A DNA stretch of 5,469 nucleotides. Origin: Octopus sinensis. Lineage: Eukaryota. Positions 1 through 5,469 of this stretch are shown piece by piece. The stretch is taken from the NCBI RefSeq assembly GCF_006345805.1, contig NW_021830035.1, positions 1-5,469 on the forward strand. Reading direction: 5' to 3'. Position 1 is the stretch's first letter, and every line of letters starts with the position of its first letter. Both the position numbers and the translations under genes were made by a program. The notes below the pieces were generated by a model that saw only the letters and a list, made by a program, of their open reading frames with translations, ran no database searches and was not told the DNA's origin.

Positions 1-220
1 TATATATGTATATATATATATATGTATATATATGTATATATATGTATATGTATATATATGTATGTATAATATGTACGTGCATGTATATAATGCATACACA
101 ACATGTATATATGTTATATATGTATATATATGTGATGTATAATATGTATATATATGACGTGAATGACAGTACAAAGATGTATACCTACACTCTCATGTGT
201 GTGTGTAAATGTATATATTG
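1..220. repeat. Compound imperfect (TA)n/(TG)n microsatellite
   Basis: Near-continuous alternating purine-pyrimidine sequence (TATATATG, TGTATATA, GTGTGTGT). It explains the Y/I/M-rich spurious ORF 6..221. Confidence 0.95.
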
Positions 221-242
221 AAAACTAAGTAGATGTACTTCT

Positions 243-286
243 TGTATATATGACACTATATATATATATATAGTATTATATTTATA

Positions 287-346
<60 letters not shown>

Positions 347-658
347 GATATATGTATATATATATATATATATCCTATATATATATTATATATATATCTG
401 CGCATATATTTGCATTTATATATATTTATAAATACACACACATACAGATATATATTATATAATATATGTGTGCGTGTGTGTATGAGTGTGTGTGTGTGAG
501 TGTATATACATATATATAATATGTATATAGGGTATATATGCACACACTGATTATATATATATATAAATATCAGCAAATGTACACACATATATACACACAC
601 ATGCACACAGTGACACACGGACACACATATAAGTACACATATACACACATATATATAT
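243..658. repeat. Compound microsatellite: (TA)n, then a (TG)n tract, then a (CA)n-rich tract
   Basis: Long (TA)n runs at about 257-400, TG tract at about 467-502, CA-rich tract at about 581-649. Confidence 0.95.
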
Positions 659-824
659 CTGCAAAACAAATAAGAATAATAAACCTATGAAAACATTCTT
701 CCCTGACATGAATCAATCGTTTATTTTATATTTCCATTACATAAGTCATCAACTAATATTGCTGTTAAAGTATCTTTTTTTATACAAAACAATAGCTCAA
801 CTTGACACTTTTCTGGAAATTTAT

Positions 825-876
825 CATACACACATACAGACACACAATGACACACATACAGATGCATACACACATA
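825..876. repeat. Degenerate (CA)n microsatellite
   Basis: CATACACACATACAGACACACAATGACACACATACAGATGCATACACACATA; it ends in the TA (875-876) that precedes the MITE. Confidence 0.8.
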
Positions 877-885
877 GGAGGGGAT

Positions 886-1280
886 ACTCTCTCTTTTACT
901 CTTTTACTTGTTTCAGTCATTTGACTGTGGCCATGCTGGAGCACCGCCTTTAATCGACTTATTCTTTGTAAGCCCAGTACTTATTCTATCGGTCTCTTTT
1001 GCTGAACCGCTAAGTAACGGGGACGTAAACACACCAGCATCGTTTGTCAAGCAATGCTAGGGGGACAAACACAGACACACAAACATACACGCACACACAT
1101 ATATATATACATATATACGACGGGCTTCTTTCAGTTTCCGTCTACCAAATCCACTGACAAGGCATTGGTCAGCCTGAGGCTATAGTAGAAGACACTTGCC
1201 CAAGGTGCCACACAGTAGGACTGAACCTGGAACCATGTGGTTGGTAAACAAGCTACTTACCACACAGCCACTCCTGCGCC
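886..1280 (-). mobile_element. tRNA-derived SINE, family A, copy 1
   Basis: Minus-strand 5' head GGCGCAGGAGTGGCTGTGTGGTAAG...GGTTCAGTCC with A/B boxes. It continues with ACCTTGGGCAAGT (1194-1206, a motif shared with CORE/MIR-type SINE bodies), an internal microsatellite, a 3' stem-loop (914-927) and an AGTAAAAG-repeat tail. GGGAT is duplicated at 881-885 and 1281-1285 (probable TSD). A second copy lies at 3066-3490. Confidence 0.92.
1218..1270 (-). promoter_or_regulatory. RNA polymerase III type-2 internal promoter (A and B boxes) of SINE A copy 1
   Basis: A box TGGCTGTGTGG at 1270-1260 (one mismatch to TRGCNNAGYGG); B box-like GGTTCAGTCC at 1227-1218. The same boxes occur in copy 2 at 3480-3470 and 3437-3428. 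Confidence 0.7.
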
Positions 1281-1354
1281 GGGATGCTGAAAACTTCTTG
1301 GCTTTGGGTAGAACAAAATACTGGAGGATCAGTTAATTATGATTTTTTTCAACA

Positions 1355-1727
1355 CTAGCAGTATCGCCCGGCGTTGCTCGGGTTTGTTTTGACCCTTTAG
1401 AATTGGAATATTTGAAAAGTAAAAAATTTGCATTATGTAGCTTGTTATTGTCTTTAAGTGAACATTTTTCTGGTTGAAATACACCGAAAAATGGCAACAC
1501 AGTAGTCAAAAAAATCGTAAAAAATAGGGATTTTCATAGAAAAAAAGCACCTTTTTGATGTAAATAATTTTTGGTGTTAACATGGTCCGATTTGAATTTT
1601 ATCTTCTACAGAAGAGCAAACCTTTTTCTATCATTCTCTCAATTTTGGTCAACTTGCGCTGCAGGGTCTCGGAGGAGATGGTGTTAGTTGAAGGCTACTC
1701 AGACAACTTCAGCTTTATATATATAGA
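1355..1727 (-). mobile_element. Non-autonomous Helitron (373 bp, canonical TC...CTAG type)
   Basis: The minus strand begins TCTATATATATAAAGCTGAAG (1727) and ends CCCGAGCAACGCCGGG-CGATACTGCTAG (1355): a GC-rich hairpin (1367-1382) 12 nt before a CTAG terminus. It is inserted between host A (1728) and T (1354) on the minus strand with no TSD, and is absent at the homologous position of MITE copy 2 (2920/2921). Confidence 0.9.
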
Positions 1728-1868
1728 TATTCCTTTTTCAGATTCACACACTTATTGCCTGTTCCTTCAGGTTTTTCTAAGCCCTTTAAAAAAATTCAGA
1801 AAGTTGGGTCTTCAACAAGACTTTTCGTGATACCCTCAATGCCAGGAACGTTAAATCACCTCCTTGTA

Positions 1869-1997
1869 TACACACACACACACACACAGGGGTTGATTCA
1901 TTCAGCTAATTCTTCAAGGGGGTAAGTGTGAGTGTGTATCTACATACATACATCTAAATATATATACATATATATATATAACATCTATATATACATC

Positions 1998-2047
<50 letters not shown>
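1869..2047. repeat. (CA)n, a short unique spacer, then a (TG)/(TACA)/(TA)n compound microsatellite
   Basis: (CA)n at 1871-1888; imperfect repeats from about 1926; pure (TA)n at about 2004-2047. Confidence 0.9.
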
Positions 2048-2050
<3 letters not shown>

Positions 2051-2482
2051 TATTAGCCACACAGGGATGAACACAGTGGGACAAATTACAAAGTAGAGCT
2101 TTTCTTTGGGGAGAAAAAATAAAATAAAATAAAAATAAAATAAAAAATAAAATGAGGGTAGGTTTTCGCTCAAAAGGGATCATAAAAAGAGAGAAAAAAA
2201 ACGATCAATAGGGATCGTGTATCACAGAAATGTCATGATGTAAAGTGTAAAGGGGGAAGTAGATGAGGTTTATCCATGGAATGAAAAGCCTACGGAAAAG
2301 ACCACAGTAACCCCGGTCAATAATGTCACATGTTAACACATTTATTTGCAAGTAAGTAACTCTGTTTTAAATTTTTCCGGGTTCATAGGTTTATGCTCAA
2401 GGTGGTTTCGTCATTCATACGTGCCATCCTTGCTACATTCACCCATCTTTTTTCGCACAAAGACAATGGATGCATCACCTCC
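2048..2482 (-). mobile_element. Probable 3' fragment of an L1/Tx1-clade LINE (ORF2 C-terminus plus 3' UTR)
   Basis: The minus strand reads ...LCEKRWVNVARMARMNDETTLSINL* (stop at 2385-2383), resembling the Trp-containing ORF2 C-terminus of Tx1-like LINEs. It is followed by a ~330-nt UTR with a long T-rich tract (2113-2153), AATAAA (2054-2049) and a (TA)n tail. The clade assignment rests on architecture and a short motif only. Confidence 0.5.
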
Positions 2483-2520
2483 ACACAGACACACACACAC
2501 ACACACATATATATGTATAT
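2483..2520. repeat. (CA)n(TA)n microsatellite
   Basis: ACACAGACACACACACACACACACATATATATGTATAT between the LINE fragment and SINE B. Confidence 0.9.
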
Positions 2521-2833
2521 GGAGGCACAATGACCCAGTGGTTAGGGCAGTGAACTCGCGGTTGTAGGATCCCGGTTTCGATTCCCAGACCGGACGTTGT
2601 GAGTGTTTAATGAGCATAAACACCTAAAATCTCCACGAGTCTCCTTCAGGGGGTGGTGGCGATCCCTGCTGTACTCCTTCACCACAACTTTCCCTCACTC
2701 TTTCTTCTGTTGGCCTGCTCGCTTAGCCAGCGGGGTGGCGTCATTTGAAGGCTAAAACAATGCGAAGCGCATTGTGACCAGCGATGTGTAGCAACATCTG
2801 ATAGCCTGGTCGGTAATGGTATCATGGTATCAT
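2521..2833 (+). mobile_element. tRNA-derived SINE, family B (not alignable by eye to family A beyond the tRNA-like head)
   Basis: tRNA-like head GGAGGCACAATGACCCAGTGGTTAGGGCAG...GGTTTCGATTCCCAGACC, a GC-richer body, two 3' stem-loops (2757-2775, 2776-2811) and a terminal tandem ATGGTATC x2 (2816-2831). It is flanked by (TA)n on both sides. Confidence 0.82.
2531..2585 (+). promoter_or_regulatory. RNA polymerase III A and B boxes of SINE B
   Basis: A box TGACCCAGTGG at 2531-2541 (one mismatch to consensus); B box-like GGTTTCGATTCC at 2574-2585. Confidence 0.7.
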
Positions 2834-2842
2834 ATATATATA

Positions 2843-3057
2843 TCAGGGGTTGCTGAAATGTTCCTGGTTTTGGATAAATAAGAATACAGGAGGATCAGTT
2901 AATTATGATTTTATCCAACAATTCCCCTCTCAGATTCACACACTTATTGCAGCGGTCCTTCTGCTTTTCTAAGCTCTGCAAAAGAATTTGGAAGGTTGGG
3001 CTCCAACCAAGCCTTTCGCAAAACCCTTAAAACCAAGAACCCTCCAGCACCTTCTCG
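2843..3057 (-). mobile_element. Mariner-derived MITE, copy 2 (215 bp, uninterrupted)
   Basis: TA at 2841-2842. Left TIR TCAGGGGTTGCTGAAATGTTCCTGGTTTT (2843-2871) matches the reverse complement of 3029-3057 at 20/29 positions without gaps. The right flank is TT rather than TA. Homologous to the reconstructed copy 1. Confidence 0.88.
2922..2981 (-). pseudogene. Remnant of the mariner transposase C-terminus inside MITE copy 2
   Basis: Translates LQSLEKQKDRCNKCVNLRGE, followed by a 1-nt deletion in the Tyr codon. It matches the mariner terminal motif F..GI.KL..RW.KC....G.Y.E* known from Mos1 and Hsmar-type transposases. Confidence 0.75.
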
Positions 3058-3065
3058 TTTATGTT

Positions 3066-3490
3066 CTTTACTCTCTTTTACTTTTTTACTCTTTTACTTG
3101 TTTCAGTCATTTGACTGCAGCCATGCTGGAGCACCGCTTTTAGTCGAGCAACTCGACCCCGGGACTTATTCTTTTGTAAGCCCAGTACTTATTCAATCGG
3201 TTCTTTTGCCGAACCGCTAAGTAATGGGGACATAAACACACCAGCATCGGTTGTCAAGCAATGCTAGGGGACAAACACAGACACACAGACACACACACAC
3301 ACATACATATATATATATACATATATACGACGGGCTTCTTTCAGTTTCCGTCTACCAAATCCACTCACAAGGCTTTGGTCGGACCGTGGCTATAGTAGAA
3401 GACACTTGCCCAAGGTGCCACACAGTAGGACTGAACCCGGAACCATGTGGTTGGTAGACAAGCTACTTACCACACAGCCACTCCTGCGCC
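3066..3490 (-). mobile_element. tRNA-derived SINE, family A, copy 2
   Basis: 3328-3490 aligns without gaps to 1118-1280 with 8 mismatches in 163 nt (about 95%). It has the same tail, 3' stem-loop (3104-3117) and internal microsatellite, and retains a 17-nt segment (3148-3164) missing from copy 1. Confidence 0.92.
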
Positions 3491-3948
3491 TAATTCTCCG
3501 GAATTATTTCTATCAATTTTCTGCTCATTTCTGTATTTGATATTTTCAAGTTTTATTTCATTTGCATTGGTTAGCGGAGGCATTTACACAAAGGTTCTTT
3601 TAATCCAATCCACCAAGATATCCATTTGCACTTGTTCAATGTTCTGGAAATGTTTTCATGTTTCTTATAAAAACTAATAAATAGCTATGCAGTCTGTCAG
3701 AACCACTATTATTATTATCATCATTACTGCTGGCATTGTTGCTGTTTTTTTTATGTTGTTTTTATGTGCCTATTATTACCATTATTGCTGCAGACTTATT
3801 ATCATTGCATACTTTCACTGCATAACCAAGCTCATATCCATGGAAAGAGATTATGTAAGCAGTACAGGCTTTTGGTTTTAATTTTACTTATGGTAGAGAT
3901 TGTACACTATGTAATATATTTTAGCAAACATACAAACTGATATATATA

Positions 3949-4032
3949 TATATAATAATAATAATTATATGAGGGAATATTATTCCAAACTTACAGGGAA
4001 AAATTCAATTTAGAAATACTAAATCAAATTTC

Positions 4033-4066
<34 letters not shown>

Positions 4067-4092
4067 GAAATTAGAGATAAAACCACTATTAG

Positions 4093-4133
<41 letters not shown>

Positions 4134-4162
4134 TATAATATATATATTATATTATATATATA
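3949..4162. repeat. (TA)n runs interleaved with short complex AT-rich modules (3971-4036, 4066-4096); possibly truncated interspersed-repeat ends
   Basis: (TA)n/(TAA)n at about 3949-3970, 4037-4064 and 4097-4162 are seen directly. A repeat origin for the modules is inference. Confidence 0.6.
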
Positions 4163-4345
4163 ACAAATTGGAAAAAAAGCACCTTTTATCAATTTAATAA
4201 TGAAAAATTATACCATTTAGAAAAATTACATATTATAGAAAGATTAAATATAAGATAAAACATATAACAAATAACTGATAATTCTGATTTAATACTTCGT
4301 AGCATAACCATTATTCAGTTCCACTTCAACCAATCTCTTCTTGAT

Positions 4346-4401
4346 TAGTAATAATAGTAATAATAATAATAATAGTAATAGTAGTAGTAGTAATAATAAT
4401 A

Positions 4402-4451
<50 letters not shown>

Positions 4452-4452
4452 G
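4346..4452. repeat. (TAA)n/(TAG)n trinucleotide microsatellite
   Basis: TAGTAATAATAGTAATAATAAT... continuing directly to the 5' junction of the R4/Dong element. Confidence 0.95.
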
Positions 4453-5220
4453 TCGAAATTAAACAGAAAGAATAAGATTGAAGCTATCAACACCTGGGTG
4501 GTTTCACTCCTTAGATATGGAGCATGACAGTAGACGAACTAAACAGCTTAGACAGAAAGTTGCTAACTAGATATGGGTCACTCCACCCAAAAAGTGACAC
4601 AGACAGACTGTATATACCAAGAAAAAGAAGGGAAAGAGGACTTATTGGATTCGAACACAACATTAGAGCAGAAGAAAACAACGTAGCATGGTATGTAAAA
4701 AATGCCACAGAACCGCTATTATTAAAAGTAAGAAGTAGTGTAAGGAATATAAGAGATGCCATGACAATACAGCAAAGCTTGCCCATTAAACACTTTGCAA
4801 CTAGTATGGACTTGACAGAAAAAAATTGGTACGATGGCAATTTTGAAGGCACATTGAAAATAATAATGCAAAGATCCTGTGGGATCTTATGATTCAGTGC
4901 GACCATGAGACAGAGAATAGGAAGCCAGACATAAAAGCAAACTATGCTGAATCATAGATATAGCATGCCCAGCTGACAACAAGGTATGCGATAAGGAAGA
5001 AAGAAAAGTCGATAGATATGACAGGTTAGCTTGGGAGGTAAAGCAGTTGTGATCAATGAAAAGGGTGGTAGTGGTGCCAATAATTGTCAGAGCCCTGGGA
5101 ACAGTGAGTAAAAATCTTGAGAAGTTGGGACAAATAGGGGCTGCAATAAGGGTGGAGCACTTGCAGAAAACAGCACTGCTTGGAACTGCTTGAATACTCC
5201 GGAAGGTACTCGAAAAATAA
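4453..5220 (+). pseudogene. Disrupted RT-thumb/RLE open reading frame of the R4/Dong element
   Basis: Several frameshifts (near 4524, 4741, 4820, 4851, 4935) and premature stops at positions where W, K or R are expected; natural stop TAA at 5218-5220. Confidence 0.85.
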
Positions 5221-5300
5221 GAGGTGTTACCTTAGTTCACTGGTAGTGAACAACTAACACCATAGTACATCTCTAGCGTTAGAAGCTGTACAAAGGCAAT
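4453..5300 (+). mobile_element. 5'-truncated, internally deleted R4/Dong-clade non-LTR retrotransposon (RLE endonuclease type)
   Basis: Stitched translation across frameshifts: SKLNRKNKIEAINTWVVSLLRYGA / TVDELNSLDRKLLTRYGSLHPKSDTDRLYIPRKRRERGLIG...LLLKV / KEYKRCHDNTAKLAH*TLCN*YGLDR / KNWYD / ENNNAKILWDLMIQCDHETENRKPDI / KLC*IIDIACPADNKVCDKEERKVDRYDRLAWEVKQL*SMKRVVVVPIIVRALGTVSKNLEK...LQKTALLGTA*ILRKVLEK*. These are the post-RT motif (HPKSD..RLY.PRK...RGL), the RHD motif and the PD..D..P..K..KY restriction-like endonuclease motifs of the R4 clade. A short structured 3' UTR and (TAA)n on both sides fit Dong. Confidence 0.9.
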
Positions 5301-5361
5301 ATAATAATAATAATAATAGTTAAATAATATGATATATAATAATAAAATATTATATTAATAA

Positions 5362-5392
<31 letters not shown>

Positions 5393-5469
5393 TAATAATA
5401 ATAAATAGTTAATAATAATAGTAATAATAATGATAATAATAATAATAATATTAATATTAATAATAATAA
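5301..5469. repeat. (TAA)n trinucleotide microsatellite running to the window end
   Basis: Imperfect TAA array directly after the retrotransposon 3' UTR. Confidence 0.95.

Larger units (their letters stand above)
877..1866 (-). mobile_element. Mariner-derived MITE, copy 1 (~217 bp once inserts are removed; pieces 877-885, 1286-1354, 1728-1866), interrupted by a SINE and a Helitron
   Basis: TA flanks at 875-876 and 1867-1868. The reconstructed left end GGAGGGGATGCTGAAAACTTCTTGGCTTT matches the reverse complement of 1838-1866 at 18/29 positions without gaps (degenerate TIRs). It aligns end to end with 2843-3057 at about 75% by hand, including exact 24-nt (1323-1346 = 2889-2912) and 21-nt (1738-1758 = 2930-2950) blocks. 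After removing the Helitron, the minus strand reads FLKGLEK.....NKCVNLKKEYVE, resembling the mariner transposase C-terminus. Confidence 0.88.

Noticed and set aside
6-669. ORFs 6..221 (+) and 256..669 (-)
   Set aside because: Y/I/V/C/H-rich translations produced by dinucleotide microsatellites, which lack stop codons; not genes.
1890-1927. Micro-exon ending at the consensus donor G|GTAAGT (1922-1927)
   Set aside because: A 6-mer donor is expected by chance in a window this size, the acceptor context is a (CA)n tract, and there is no coding signal.
2521-2595. Functional tRNA gene (also considered for 1200-1280 and 3410-3490)
   Set aside because: A/B boxes are present but no complete cloverleaf is evident, and each head continues into a SINE body and tail.
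877-3490. Local segmental duplication of a MITE+SINE unit
   Set aside because: The SINE lies inside the left TIR in one case and outside the right TIR in the other. MITE copies are about 75% identical and SINE copies about 95%, which fits independent insertions.
3060-3497. TSD for SINE A copy 2 (TATGTTCT vs TAATTCT)
   Set aside because: Imperfect match in AT-rich sequence; not supportable.
3491-3506. Near-palindrome TAATTC-TCCG-GAATTA at the SINE A copy 2 5' junction
   Set aside because: A 6-bp AT-rich stem of the size expected by chance, not matched at the copy 1 junction.
687-3881. Remaining short ORFs (687..953, 1582..1830, 1914..2183, 2346..2567, 2411..2623, 2996..3220, 3251..3457, 3447..3677, 3687..3881)
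   Set aside because: Most cross TE boundaries or microsatellites, and the rest are low-complexity; several lack ATG starts; none has a recognisable domain.
4524-4892. 122-aa plus-strand ORF as an intact gene
   Set aside because: It is an in-frame piece of the decayed R4/Dong ORF. Its ATG arises from a deletion junction and most of its second half is off-frame relative to the real protein.
4511-4906. 131-aa minus-strand ORF
   Set aside because: Antisense shadow of the retrotransposon coding region, with no recognisable motif.
1-5469. Hammerhead ribozyme / retrozyme
   Set aside because: I scanned both strands by eye for the CTGANGA core and found none.
1-5469. CRISPR array or prokaryotic defence/mobile system
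   Set aside because: No regularly spaced direct repeats with unique spacers, no operon-like ORFs, and all recognisable elements are eukaryotic TEs.

Overview
This is eukaryotic, AT-rich, non-genic or intronic DNA made mostly of decayed transposable elements separated by (TA)n, (CA)n and (TAA)n microsatellites. No intact protein-coding gene is supported. The SINE heads and overall texture resemble cephalopod (Octopus-type) genomes; that is inference from recall, not a database result. From left to right: (1) compound microsatellites; (2) a ~217-bp mariner-derived MITE (877-1866) interrupted by a minus-strand tRNA-derived SINE with a GGGAT target-site duplication and by a 373-bp non-autonomous Helitron with canonical ends; (3) a probable L1/Tx1 LINE 3' fragment; (4) a second, plus-strand tRNA-SINE family; (5) an uninterrupted second copy of the MITE, which serves as an in-window empty site; (6) a second copy of the first SINE; (7) short AT-rich modules spaced by (TA)n; (8) a 5'-truncated, internally deleted R4/Dong-clade RLE retrotransposon flanked on both sides by (TAA)n. 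I see no evidence of a new biological system. The most notable signals are the fully resolvable three-layer nested insertion and the possibly uncatalogued non-autonomous element families.
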